A DNA stretch of 64,000 nt from Vicugna vicugna (lineage: Eukaryota). This document shows, piece after piece, positions 11,391 to 23,537 of the stretch. The stretch covers positions 684,001-748,000 of the forward strand of contig MU057809.1 of the NCBI GenBank assembly GCA_013265495.1, given 5' to 3'. The position numbers and the translations under genes are program-made. The stretch's first letter is position 1. Every line of letters begins with the position of its first letter. A model generated the notes under the pieces. That model was given only the letters and a program-made list of their open reading frames with translations, was not told where the DNA came from and ran no database searches.

Positions 11391-14300
11391 GGAAACGTGA
11401 GGGACGGGGGTGTGGGGAGGGGGAGGGATGGCCTGGGGTGCGGCTGGCGGGGGCGGGGGGCGGGAGCCAGCCCCCAGGCCCGCCTCTGATCCAGATGAGG
11501 GGAGCGGTGATGCAGTCCAGCCGCCTCCCTCCGCTCCTCCCTCCTTGCTGAGTTTCTCGGTCAGATGGACGGGGCCCAGGATGGGGGCGAGCACTGGGGC
11601 GGCCCCAGTCGTGGGGAGTGGCAGGTGCTGGCCGGCCGCCGTGGTGGGCCTGAGGGCTGGTCAGGATTCTGTGCATCTCTAGGGGAAGGAGGCTTTGCCC
11701 CCCAACCCCCAAGCCCTCCGAGGAAGTCATCTGCATCTGATGAAGGACCCCTGTTCCGGGAGCACGGCCCCAGCGCCCGCCCGGAGGAGAGGCCAGGGCT
11801 TCGGGCCATTGCCTCCGTCACAGCTCTCTCGCCGCCTCGCAACCGCAGGGCGTCTGGGCTGTGACGGCAGGACAGGCAGTGGCTCTAGCCCCTCCGGGCA
11901 GCGCCCCCCACGCCGGCCTCTCCCCCTGCCTGGGCCTCCTTCCCTGGGGCTGCTTCTGACCCGCTCCCCCTCCCCTTCCTCGTTTGGCGAACCAGATGAG
12001 CCTTTGACCAATGTCTGAAGAAAACTCGCCTGCCTGGACGTTCGCCCCAGCGCCCTCTGCTCAGGAACGGAAACCCCGCCCTGGGCCCCTCAGCACTCAT
12101 GCCGGCCTGGTCTTGCTCCTCTTCCTGGCACAGTTCCTAGGAGATGCTGCGGGTCCCGGTCAGGGTCACCGGCCCAGCCCCCTCTAGGGCCACCGTGTGG
12201 CCTCTGAGCAGGAGGAACGGGCCCCTCCCCGGCTTCTCACAGCCACGGCCTGCAGACCCCACGCAGCTGCCACCGGCAGCCGGGAGCAGCCCCCAGCCCA
12301 GCAGAGGGTGGAACTGGCCTCGCGCGGGGCTGGGACCTAGGAGGTGACAGCCTTGTGAATCCCCACAGCCCCCGCCAAGGAGCCTGGACCCGGGGTCCTG
12401 AGACCTGGCTGGGGGACTTGGGTGCCCGGCACCCTCCTGTCAGGGGGCCCGCATGTACCCAGGATGGCTGAAGGGTGGTGTCTGGGTCACTCTTTTCTCC
12501 CTGGGACTCTGGTGGTTGCTGCTCCCCCTGCAGGCAGGTCCTGGCTCACAACCCCCGTGGGGTCGGCCCTGCCCCCCATTCTCCCCGTGAAGCCGCACCC
12601 CCGCCTGGTGCCCCGTGGCTGGCTGAACCTGGCCCCACATCTTTCTTCTCGCAGCAGATGGAGAGGATGGTGGGTGGGAAGCGGGGTCCCCGGGGCATCA
12701 GAGTTGAGGCTGCTTCCTTCCTGTGTGGAGAGGGGTGCACCGGCCTCTGCTGCTCTGAGCGACGTGGGGCAGAGGCTCTGGGGTTTGTTCCTTTTCCTTC
12801 CAAACTTTCCTAAAAGGGGGTTGAGATCGCCTTTAATTACAGAGCAGAGGGAGGCAGAAGGCACAGCGACTCTGCAGGCAGAGTGACCCCCAGAGGCCCA
12901 GGCCTTGCAGAATGGGATAGGGGGCAGGGGGCTGGGGGGCGGGGGCCCCAGGGGTGGGAGGATGGTGGTGCCTGGAGGGGCCCTGGCAGATGGAGTCCGG
13001 GGAAGTGGGGGCCTGAGGGGCCTCTGCCGGTGTCTCTGACTTCCCCTCTCCTGCCTTCCTGTCTCTCCACCCATCTCCCTGGGTCTCAGGTGTGCCCCTG
13101 CGCAAGGTGGGCATAGGCCATGGCCACAGGGGTTGGGGCAGGCTGGGTCATCCCCGCGGCCTGCCCCTCCTGGTGCTGGGTGACCAAGTACCCCCGCAGT
13201 CCCCCATCAGAGAGGGAGTGATGTTCCCACCGCTGCCTCCCCCTGCCGTGATCCGGCGGGCAGAGACAGGCCCAGGCACCCCTGAGCCCTGGCCACTCTG
13301 GTCCTTCTGCCACCTCTGCCCCTCAGCCAGACCTTGGAAGTCCATTATTTGTGTTTCCTGGCAAAGACAGGGTAGCCGACCACTGATCTGAGAGATTATA
13401 GGTCCTTTCTTCTGTCTTTAGACAGGTTGGGGGTTAGCGTCACACCCGTGTCCACAGGAGGGAGCTGCTTGACAGGGCACCTGTGGCTCCTGGGCCAGCC
13501 GTGGATGTACCGAAGACCCCTGCCCTTTGCTGGGCACAGCCCAGCAGAACCTGTGCACTGGGGGTCCAAGGGCAGCCCCTCCACCACCTCGCCTGTCCCC
13601 AGGAGGCCTGTGCTCCTGCCCCACCCTGACCCTGGATTGCTGTGTGTCTCTGGGCACAGGCCTCCCCTCTCTGGGCCTATTTATCTTCTCTCCTCCACAT
13701 CGGCTTCCGCGCGCCCCAGGTCCTTCAGGCCCAGACGCTGGGTAGCTTCAGCTGGGCAGGGCCCCCAGAGGCTGTCCCCACCTTCCCGGGCACCCGGGCT
13801 CCCGCTAGGCCCGAGGGCTGCCTGGCCTCCTTGTCTGCAGCAGGACCATCCGTCACTGCTCGTGACAGATTATCTGTCCCTCTCCCTGCTGCTGCTCTGG
13901 CTATTCCGGCTGCAGAGCAGTGTTTATCACTCCCGACAACACGACTCCCTCCCTCCGCCCGCCCCGCCTCCCTCCCCTGGCCACAGATAGCAGGAGGTTT
14001 TCTGGGGCTATTTTCATGGTTTTAATTTTCCATTCCCCGCCCCCTCTCTTCCCCCTTACTATATTCTGGGCTCTTTTTGGGCTTCTGGAATGAGCCTACA
14101 TTTTCCCAGTGATATTTTTTAATAAAAACCATCATTTATGATTATTTTTCTTCCCCACGAACTGTCAGCTTCCTCATCTGATTTTTTTATCGCCGTGGTG
14201 TCCTGCCCGCTTTGTCACCACGCAGGCGCAGATGGGCATGTGTGCGCATCCCTGTGGGCTCCAGGGTGTGCTCCAGAGCCGCAGGTGGGGACTCTCCTGC

Positions 14301-14619
14301 CCCTGCCCTGCCCTGTCTCAGCCCAGCCCTGCGGCCCTCTGTTCTCCGCGGCCCCTGGTCTCCTGAGATTTTCAGTTCTCCTTCAGGGGAGTGTCACCTG
14401 CACATCTTTCTCAGCTCCGTTTATTAGAAGGGACGGAGGTCTCGGAGGAGGTGGGGCTGCCTGCAGTGTCTGCCCGGCTACTAATGGCTCAGGACCATCA
14501 AGGACAGTGGTTTTCCACAGAGAGTCTGGTCTAACACACCCTCCAGCAAGACCTGGGATGGGGCCCTGCATCCAACAATCGGTTCCCTCTTTTTAAAATA
14601 TAGACAAATGTGGGGCTGT

Positions 14620-14680
14620 GGGTCATTCATTCATTCAACAAACATTCCTGGAGGGCCTACTATGTGTGGGAAGAGCCACA
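14620..14680 (-). mobile_element. L2 3' end fragment
   Basis: cattcattcattcaacaaacattcctggagggcctactatgtg. Confidence 0.7.
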
Positions 14681-14784
14681 CACCTGTCCTAGGGTAGGAA
14701 CCAGCTTAGATGTCACCCTCCTGATACCAGAGCCTCCACTCACACTCACACACTCACAGAATGGAGCCCTGCGCTGCCCTGTGA

Positions 14785-14850
14785 TTTTGCTGTGTGACCT
14801 CCGGCAAGTTGCTGACCCTCTCTGAGCCTTCATCGCTTTCCTTCTCTGGT
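14785..14850 (+). mobile_element. MIR fragment
   Basis: gctgtgtgacctccggcaagttgctgaccctctctgagcct. Confidence 0.6.
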
Positions 14851-15247
14851 CTCCGTCCACCCCTGGCTGGACATTGGTCCTTTCCTCATCAGCCCCCAAG
14901 GGATCGTGTTTCAAGCAGCTGCAGCCTCTTCCCGGTTCCTTCTCGGCTGCTTGCCAATTACCCAGAGGAGCCAGACCTGTCTTGAGACAGCCAGCTCCGG
15001 ACAGCTCCTCCCCTGCCTGCCATACCCAGGCGTCCCAGACCAACCACATGGCCCTCCCACCCCTGCCAGGCTCTCGCTGGCCCCTGCTCCTTGGCCATCT
15101 TTGGAGACAGGACCCTGCTGGGTTCACTGGTGGCTGGGTTCCGAAGCCTGGGGCCACTGTCCCGGGTTCCAGCCCGAGGTTGGCTGGACGAGTGAGTAAT
15201 GGGTTTTCCCAGCCCAGCTTCTCCCTTATCAGTGGAAGGAGAGGGTG

Positions 15248-15283
15248 CTATGAATATTCATAGGGCTCACATGAATATTCATG
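15248..15283. promoter_or_regulatory. Twin palindromic POU (MORE-type) sites
   Basis: Perfect palindromes ctatgaatattcatag (15248-15263) and catgaatattcatg (15270-15283). Confidence 0.5.
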
Positions 15284-15984
15284 ATGGCAATGATGCTCTC
15301 CCTCCATCCCCTTGCCCTTGGGCACCTCCATAGCTTTCCAAGCTCCCGCCCCTCCCCTTGATCCCCGCCTGCAGGTGGCTTTACCTCCATTGGCAGGGAG
15401 ACGGGCAGGAGCCCCTGGTCAGGGAGGTCCCTGGTGGGAAAGAATCCCTGGCCTGGTGCCTGGGGTCCAGGCTCGCATCTGCACTCTGACCCCACTTCCC
15501 ATGGGAGGCCACTTCCCCTGGACCTCAGTTTCCCTCCTGACCTCTACTGGCCCTTCTGGGCCTGAGGGTTTGGCCAGGCGGACGGCTCCAGGAACACACA
15601 CGTCCTCTCTGACTCCACTTTCCCTGCTCCACTGTGTGAGGACAAAGCTGGGAGGCTTGGGTTCCCTGAGGTGGAGCCAGGCAGACCGGGTTACCCAAGA
15701 CCGGTAACCAGAGAGGCCCGGGGTCTGGTGTCGCAGGCTGGTGGCCAGGGACCGCTCTGCTGGCCATCCCCTGGGACAGGCGAGACAGGTGGGCGAGGGC
15801 GCTGGCTGGGACGGTGGGGGCTCCAGGAGCAACAGAGGGAGGGGTTGGGTCCGGAAGGCGGGGTGGTGGGTGGGCAGGGCTCAAAAGCTGGGTGGTGGGT
15901 GGGCAGGGCTCGGGAAGACCTTCGCCTTCAGGGTCAGGGTGTGCGGGGACCTCAGCTCCTGGAGGGGAGGCTGGCTTTGCCATG

Positions 15985-16060
15985 CACGCTGTGTGACCTT
16001 GGGCAGGTGGCCCGGCTCTGTGCCTCAGTGTCCCTCTCTGTGCAGGCCTTTCCCTGCTGT
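15985..16060 (+). mobile_element. MIR fragment
   Basis: gctgtgtgaccttgggcagg...ctctgtgcctcagtgtccc. Confidence 0.6.
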
Positions 16061-16544
16061 GTTCAAGGCTGAGCTACCCTGGCTCCCAAGGTGTGGGAGG
16101 GCCCCCTCTGAAGGCATTTGGCCATGTGCTCGGAGGGGAGCCAGCTTGGGGACACACCGCAGGGCCCAAAGCTTTGAGATTCTGGGAGGCCAAGCCTCTG
16201 CTTGTGCCCTGTCCCCCTGCCCATGACCCCTGAGCTCTCAAGAGCAAGCTGCCCGCTGACTCCAGACCCCCATGGGCTCCTCCCTCCGCCGAGGCACCTG
16301 CGCTCATGCTGAACCCCGAGTTCCCTGCATCTCCCTCTTGTCTGACTCTCACTGGGCTGCAGGCGGTGGGCATCCAGGGTCCCTGCCTCTTTCTGGATGC
16401 CCAGCTCGGTCTCACAGCGATGGACCCTCCACCGGGGGCAAGAGGTAGCCTCCGGCCTGCAAGCCTTCTCCGGGGGGTGGGGGGCTTGGCAGGAGCAGGT
16501 GGGTGGCCGGACTCATTAAGGAGAACAAGCCCTGCTCAGTGCCT

Positions 16545-16607
16545 TCCGGAGGGCTCCGAGGCACGGGCCCCCTCGGTCCGGAGGGCTCCGAGGCAGGGCC
16601 CCCTCGG
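16545..16607 (+). repeat. 32/31-bp tandem duplication
   Basis: tccggagggctccgaggca(c)gggccccctcgg occurs twice. Confidence 0.9.
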
Positions 16608-19600
16608 TCTCCTGATCGCCTGCTAGACCGTGTGGACAGCGGCCTCCCCTGCCTGCACACAGACTAAAGGTGTCCCTGTGCTTCCAGCTTGCTCTGGCCA
16701 CCGTCCTGGGGCTCCACCTGCCCTCCCCGCGGCGTGGAAGTGGAGGCTCGCAACGCTTCGGTGCTTGCCCAAGGCCGCCCAGGGGGCAGGTGGGACCAGG
16801 CCCCTGTCCCCGCTTCCCAGGCAGGGGACAGACGGAGGGCCCCCGCCCTCGGGTCTCACTGAGGCTGACCCTGCAAGAGCTCTGTCGCTGAGACCCAGCC
16901 CGCTCTGCGCTGTTTGCCTAAATTTGTTCAACCCCGTCTTCCCACGGGACCCAGGTGGCCACCGCCGACATCTGTGGGGACACAGCAGAGGAATGCCTAA
17001 TGAGGGCTCGGCGTGGCCCCGCCATGGAGCGCAGGCTGGGACAGATGGTCCATCATTACCCATTTTTATTAATTACTGGCTCCGCGTGCGGCGATTGGCT
17101 CGCAAGCCCCGGACTCGTCGGACGTGCCGCCGTCCCGGCTATTCTGGAAGGAAGAACGGCCCTGCATTTAGCTCAGCGGGCGCTTCCTCCCGGCTTCCTT
17201 TGAGGCCACAGACATTTCTGGCTCAGAGTGGTCCCTGGGGGACCAGGCCAGGCAGGGAGAGGCGAGTGTGCAGCTGCCACCTGCCCGAGGAGACTGGGAG
17301 AGGGGCTGGCGCAGGACAGACGCAGGGGGCCCCACCTACCCCAGCCCCGGTGGGGGCGGGCCACCAGACACCCGGGCCCCGGGCCCCAGCTCAGGGCTGA
17401 GGCTGCCTCCTACGCCCTCTCCCTGCTGGCCTCAAGCCTGCTGGGCATAACCAGCCTCAGAAAGAGCAAGTCTTCCATGTCCACCCCCAGACGGGGGCAC
17501 CTGGGGCCCACAAACCCCCTGGTGCCGCAGGAAGCCCATGCTCCTGGGTGCTCTTCTGCGTAGAGGTCCACAGTCTCCCTCTTGTTTGCAGATGCTCCAG
17601 ACCCCAGCCTCATCTCTCCCGGGGGCTCCTGAGACTCTGCGGTCCCACAGCCCTGGGTCCCAAGCCCAACACTGGCTCCAACTTGCAGAGACGCTGGGTG
17701 AGTACCCCCCCCATCCCTGGGCTTCACAGCCCCACCTGCAAAGGGGAGGCCCTGACCTACTGAGTGCCCACGCAGCAGAAGGCCTCAGAATGCTGCCGCT
17801 CTGTGGCTGCTGCTGGTCCTAGGTTTGCTTTTGGCAAGTCCCACGTTGCCTGCAGCCTCTGCAAGGAGTGATCGTGTCCTGCTGGACCCCCAACAAGAAG
17901 GGAAAGAAAGTGCGTTGGGGGCACAGGGACCCGCGTCATCAGACAGTCCTGGGAGGGGATGATGGGTGCACTGGGAGGCCCCACTGCGTCGGGCCGCCCT
18001 GGGAGTCCGCGTTTCCCTGCTGGCCAGGACGCCGCGTTCCCTCCGGCTTCCGAGTGTGGCCCGTTAGCCCAGGAGATAATGGGACATGAAGCACAAGATT
18101 TCTAGTCAATAAAAAGGCGCCTCGGAGGCTTTTAGATCTTCCCTCTGTCACACTGGGTCGGCACTTTATCTGCTGCCCACTTGACAGTCTGTCATAAAGC
18201 TGGGTCCCTGCCCTGCTGGAGCCCACCACGGCTTGTCCCGGCCGCCGCCCGTGAGCCGGCGGAGCCCAGACACCGGCGAGGTCAGCTCCAGAGGGGCCTG
18301 CTGGCTGTATGGCCGGGAGAGCCGGCGGGCCACCTTTGCAGAGATGCAGGGGAGGTGATGAGGTTGGGGGTGGGGACCACATGGGAGGGGCAGGCGGGGC
18401 TGGGACGTGGAGTGAGCTGAGGCCAGGAGGCCTGGGAGGTAGACACACAACATGCTGCCCTTTGATGGCCCGAGGGGCCGCCCTGTCTGGGGCAGGAGGC
18501 GGGGCTCAGCCCTTCTCAAGTCAGATCCAGTCGGGACTCAGTAGGCACACAAAGCCAGCAGCTGCCCAGGCTGGGCAGTAGTGAGGTCCTTGACGCTGGG
18601 GGAAATCAAGTGCAGCCTGATGCCACTGGGCCAGGAGGCCTGAGTGAGAGAAGCAGAAAGGCCAGCAGCACAAGGGGTTCCATTTGTATCAGAGGTAATT
18701 GGCGGGGGGGACAGTGTCCTAGAAGGAAGGAGGAGACGGACTTCGGGGTCTCAGGATGGACTCAGTAGCCGCCCTGCCTCCCACACTGCCTGGTTCTTTA
18801 ATCGAGGCCCAGGGCCTGGGCAGCAGGGTGGGGTTTGAGACTTGAGCTGTAGACCCCAGCCCCAGAGCCGGCACCCTGCCCCACAGAGGCACCGAACGGC
18901 GACCAGAGGCAGCTCTCAGGGCCAGTGTTCCCCGAGCCAGGAGAGATCAGGGTGGCTGTCAGGGAGGCCACCGCCTGGACTCCCATCCATATGCCTCTGA
19001 CCCTCGGATCAGGCCAGAGGGAGGGCACGCAGCCAGGGAGGGGGGAGGCCCTGGCCTCCTTCCCGGAGGAAAGCCAACCGACCGCTCCTCGCTGCAGACA
19101 CCTCCTGGCCCGACCACCCTGCTCACGACTGGCTTCCCATCCTGGCGGGGGCTTGGAGTAAGTGGCCTGTCCTTGGGTGGGGGAAGGGTACCTGTGAGGG
19201 AGGGCAGCAGGCCCTGAAGCAGGAGGTGGGGCAGCCAGCTGGCAAGGTTGCTGGGGGGCGGGGGGCGGTGGCCTCTCTCCCCTGGGCTGGCCTGCCTGCC
19301 CCTCCCCTGGGACGCATCCCCCCCACTTCCATCAGGTCAGTTCAAAGCCCTGGGAGGGGCACTGGGGCTCTGGGGCACTGGTGCAGCCTCTCTCTTCAAG
19401 GTGCTCCCCTACAGGGAACCGTGACCCCAGCCCAGGTGACCAGTGTGCACAGGTACCTGGATGAGCCCAGGACACCTGTGCTGGGCCTGAGGGACAGAGG
19501 GCTGGGACAGGCCAGCCAAGGTGCAGGAGGGCACGCTGGGCAGAGGTGCCAGTGTGAGCACGGCCTGGAGGTGAGGGGGGCACACCTGCCGGAGGAGACG

Positions 19601-21029
19601 AACGCTGCACTGGGAATGGGCGTCCGTTCCCACCAGACCCGCCCTCCTGCCCGCGGGCTCCTGGAGCTGCGGGCTCCTGTGCCCAGGGCTTGGCTGCAGC
19701 GAGTTTCCCAGAGAGAAGGTCAGGCACTGGGGGGTCCCGGCCGGAGCAGGGCAGCAGCACCACGTGCTGAGGGCTCGCCTTTGAGGAAGGGCACATCCGT
19801 GGCTCAGTTCCAAAGTGCCTACTGTGAGCACCCGCTATGCCCAATGACAGCGATCAGACCGGTCCTGCCCCCGAGGGGCTCACACGAGACGCTGGGAAGG
19901 ACAGGAGCCTCTCTCAGCCGGGGTGCACTGTAGTTCAAGGCCATGGCCACGTGTAGCCCTGACAACCCCTCCATCTCGGGGCCTCTGGAGGCCCTGGGGA
20001 CCCCATGGGTCCACAGGGCAATGGTAGCCCACCACCATTCTCTGCCATCCTTGTCCTCGATCTTTCCCTCCAAGAAGGGAATCCTGGTGGTTGAAAACAT
20101 TTTCATGAAGTACAGTATCTCTCTGTCTGCTTCAAAGCTTACAACGGCCATCTCTGTCCTTTTCTGACCAAGGCCTGTTTGAGTCCTTTAGTTAGCAGTG
20201 GGACAAATCCCAGGGGAACAAGTGAATGGGTCTGGGGCGGCGGGCCCCCCGCTGCTCACACTTTGGGAGGGTAACCCCAGCCTTCAGAGCAGGAGGGGGC
20301 ACACCCCCTTCCAGGCCGTGAGGAGGCGGCTTTCCCAGCCCCACCTCTGCAGCCCCGGGAGAGGCGGCCCCTCAGTTCCCGGAACATGGAAGCTCTGTGG
20401 ACCCGACGCAGGTGTGAGGCCCCTTCCATCTGTCTGTCCGTCTGTTCTTCCTGCCCTCATCCCATCTGCAAACATGGTTGGTCACTGATGGTGGCCCTGG
20501 CCGGGCGCCGGGCGTCTGTCAGGGACACAGATCTGCTAGCTCAGGATCTCTGAGGGGCTCATGGGCCAGGACACCCTCACCATCACAATCCACATATCTG
20601 ATGGTCAAGGTGGACAATTCCGGGAAAAAAAAAAAAGAACAAAAAAGCAACATCATTGTCAGGTCTTCCTTTTACACACATGTACTTTTTCTTCGCAGAA
20701 TTGGGATTGAATTTACTATGCAATTTCTAACCTGTTGATTTCTCCACCTAACGTCGCTTCATGTGGTCTATCCCAGGTGCACGATGCCGACGAAGATGCG
20801 CATTCCTGCAGCCTCTGGCTTCCGAGGAGGCAACACCACCTCCAGTTTCCTCTGAAGCTTGTGCAGCTGAAAAGACAGCCCCGAGGAGCAGGTGGGTGGG
20901 GAAGGCAGGTGTGAACAGAGGTCACACAGGTGGGCAGGTGCAGGGGCCAGAGCGGAAGCTGTGGGGGAGCAATGTGGTGTCCACTGGGAAAGGCTCTCTG
21001 CCTTCCTCAGACTGAGAAATGGGGCTAGC

Positions 21030-21680
21030 AGTGGTGCAGAACAGGTGTGCCCACCCCCAGGAGGGCGTGGAGAGGGCAGTGGTGCGCTGGAGGACTCAGT
21101 GCCACTTAGCAAAACAGAGCAGCCAACAGACACACACAGGACCAGGCACGAACTCAGAAAGCCCGTGCCGGGTGGAAGGAACCAGACGCGGGGAGGACAC
21201 ACTCTGCGATCCCAAGTCCATGAGACTCGGAACAGAGTGAACCAACCTCCGGTGGAAGAGTCAGAACCAGGGTGGCCTCTGGGAGGGCCAGGGCACTGCG
21301 GGGACTTACAGAATGAATGTCCTGTATCTCAGCAGGGGTTTGGGCTGCAGAAATGCCGCCCGTCCCGGCATTAGATGCCTCCCCCCACAGTTCTACATCT
21401 CACTGTGTATCAGTTTAACTCAAGGGAATTTCAGACCCATCACAGGCACTGACCTCTAGCTCGTGCTGTGCGTGCTGCCTTCGCAGGGGTGAAGGGGCTG
21501 GACGCCTGCAGCTTACTTGGAAGGTGGCTGACTGATGCAGGGCTGGAGAGAGGGGATAAGGCACCCATAGCAAGATGTCAGTCATGGAGTCCACGTGCTA
21601 GGTATTTGGGTGTTCACTATCAGATTTTTTTGATTCTTCTGTATGTATGAAAAATTTCAAGATTAAATGTGGAAAACAAT
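21030..21680 (+). mobile_element. Old L1 (L1MC/ME-like) 3' end fragments, GC-shifted
   Basis: Resembles L1 3' UTR, ending ggtgttcactatcag...ttctgtatgtatgaaaaatttca. Confidence 0.55.
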
Positions 21681-21719
21681 TTCTGACGCTGTAGACAAGC
21701 GGCTGGACCGTGGCAGCAG

Positions 21720-21890
21720 TTTACTGACCCTGTGACCTTGGACTAGTTTCTCAGCCTCCTGGTGCCTCAGTGGCCTCACTGGAAAGTGGGCGTGGTGCTG
21801 GTATCAACCCCCGAGGCGTGAAAGAATTAACAAAGACCGAGTGCTTACACACAGTAGGCACAGGTGCACAGCAGGTGCTTCAAGAGTGTG
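21720..21890 (+). mobile_element. MIR
   Basis: tgtgaccttggactagtttctcagcctcctggtgcctcagt...ggcacaggtgcacagcaggtgct. Confidence 0.6.
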
Positions 21891-22050
21891 CCCTTGTTGG
21901 CAGCATCCCGCTGTTGGTAACGCTGGGTTGTCAGGGCTGCCACGTGAGCTGCAGGCGCTCCGGGGGGCCGAGGGGCAGCCGGGGTCGGCACTGGGTTCAA
22001 CAGAAAGGGGCCAGAAGCGCCAAAACAATCTTGAAGAAGCACAGAGCAGC

Positions 22051-22178
22051 GGGGGAGGGCGCAGCTCAGCGGTAGAGAGCATGCTCAGCATGCACGAGGT
22101 CCTGGGTTCAATCCCCAGCACCTCCATTAAAATAAACAAATAAATAAGCCTAGTTACCCTCCCCCCTAAGAAAGAGAA
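22051..22178 (+). mobile_element. tRNA-derived SINE, camelid Vic-1-like
   Basis: gggggagggcgcagctcagcggtagagagcatgctcagcatgcacgaggtcctgggttcaatccccagcacctcc with A/B boxes, followed by an A-rich tail. Confidence 0.85.
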
Positions 22179-22319
22179 CCAAGCAGAGGGTCACACAGTT
22201 CCACTGTCAAACCTCCTACAGCCATCGAGGCAGAGAGGTCCGCAGAAGGACGGGGCATACACTGGTGGGGTAGGACGGAGGCTGCAGAAGCAAGCCCACG
22301 CCCTGAGGGTCACTTTATT

Positions 22320-22405
22320 GTCATTTGTCAGTGGAGGTGCTGGGGTTGAACCCAGGACCGCGTGCATGCTGAGCGTGCGCTCCACCACTGAGCTGCGCCC
22401 TCCCA
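22320..22405 (-). mobile_element. tRNA-derived SINE (Vic-1-like), antisense
   Basis: Reverse complement of the same SINE head, flanked by the direct repeat ggtcactttatt (22308-22319 and 22410-22421). Confidence 0.85.
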
Positions 22406-23359
22406 CCGTGGTCACTTTATTTACACAAGGGAGCCAAGACCAGTGAGTGGAGGAAGAACGGTCTTTTCCACCAGTGGTGCTGGGACCGCTCGGGCCCAAC
22501 AACACACGCCAAAGAATGAAACTGGACCCCTATTTCATGCCGTATGAAAAGTGAACTCAATGGATCAAAGACCTAAATATAAAAGCTGAAACTATAAAAC
22601 TCCTAGAGGGAAGCAGAGGAGTACACCTGCACCTCAGGCGAAGGCTTCGCAGGGACATCAAAAGCAGAAGCAACACAAAGGGAAAATGGGAATTCGTCGA
22701 CGTTGAGAACTTTTGTGCTGCAAACAATTCCAACAAGAAAGTGAAAAAACAACACACAGAACGGGAGAAAATATTTGCAAATTATAAACCTAATTAGGAA
22801 CTTGTGTCTAGAATATACAAAGAATGCTTACAACTCAATAATGAAAAGATAAATAGCCCGATTTAAAAATGCACAAAGGATCTGAATAAACATATCTCCA
22901 GAGAAGACACTCAAACGCGCAGGAAGCTCATGGAACGACGCTCAACATTTTTAGCCACTGGGAAATGCAAACCAAAACCACAGTGAGGACCACTGCTGCC
23001 CCGGGATGGCTAGAATCAGACAGACAGCTGGAAACAAGTGTTGGCGAGGACCCAGAGGGAGAGAAGCTCAGGCCACCGTGGAATGTGGAATGTACCCACT
23101 CTGGAAACAGGCTGGGAATTCTTTTAAAATGTTGACCGTGGGGTTACCATGTGAGCCAGCAACTCCAGTCCTAGGTGCGTACCCAGGAGAAATGAAAGCG
23201 CGTGTTCACGTGAAAACGCCTGTTTCCCCAAAGTGGAAGCAACCCAGATGTCCATCGACGGGTGAGTGGACAATGAGTGCGAGCCACCCGCACAAAGGAA
23301 TGTTATCAGACGGTTAGCAGGAACGAGCAGTGATCCCCGCTCTCAGAAGCACAGCGCTC

Positions 23360-23537
23360 GGGGGAGGGCGCAGCCCGAGCGGTAGAGCTCATGCTTACGC
23401 ACGGGAGGTCCTGGATCCAGCCCCCTCAGTATCCCCCTCCAAGAAAAATAAATAATCTAAAGCTCTTGTTTCACCAAGGCCCTCTCAGGACAATGTTTAA
23501 AACAAACAAAACAAAACAAAACCAAAAAACCAAAAAC
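23360..23537 (+). mobile_element. tRNA-derived SINE (Vic-1-like), more diverged
   Basis: gggggagggcgcagcccgagcggtagagctcatgcttacgcacgggaggtcctggatcc with an (AAAAC)n tail. Confidence 0.75.

Noticed and set aside
22051..22125. Possible tRNA gene
   Set aside because: It has an A-rich tail and diverged sibling copies nearby (one with a target-site duplication), so it is a SINE
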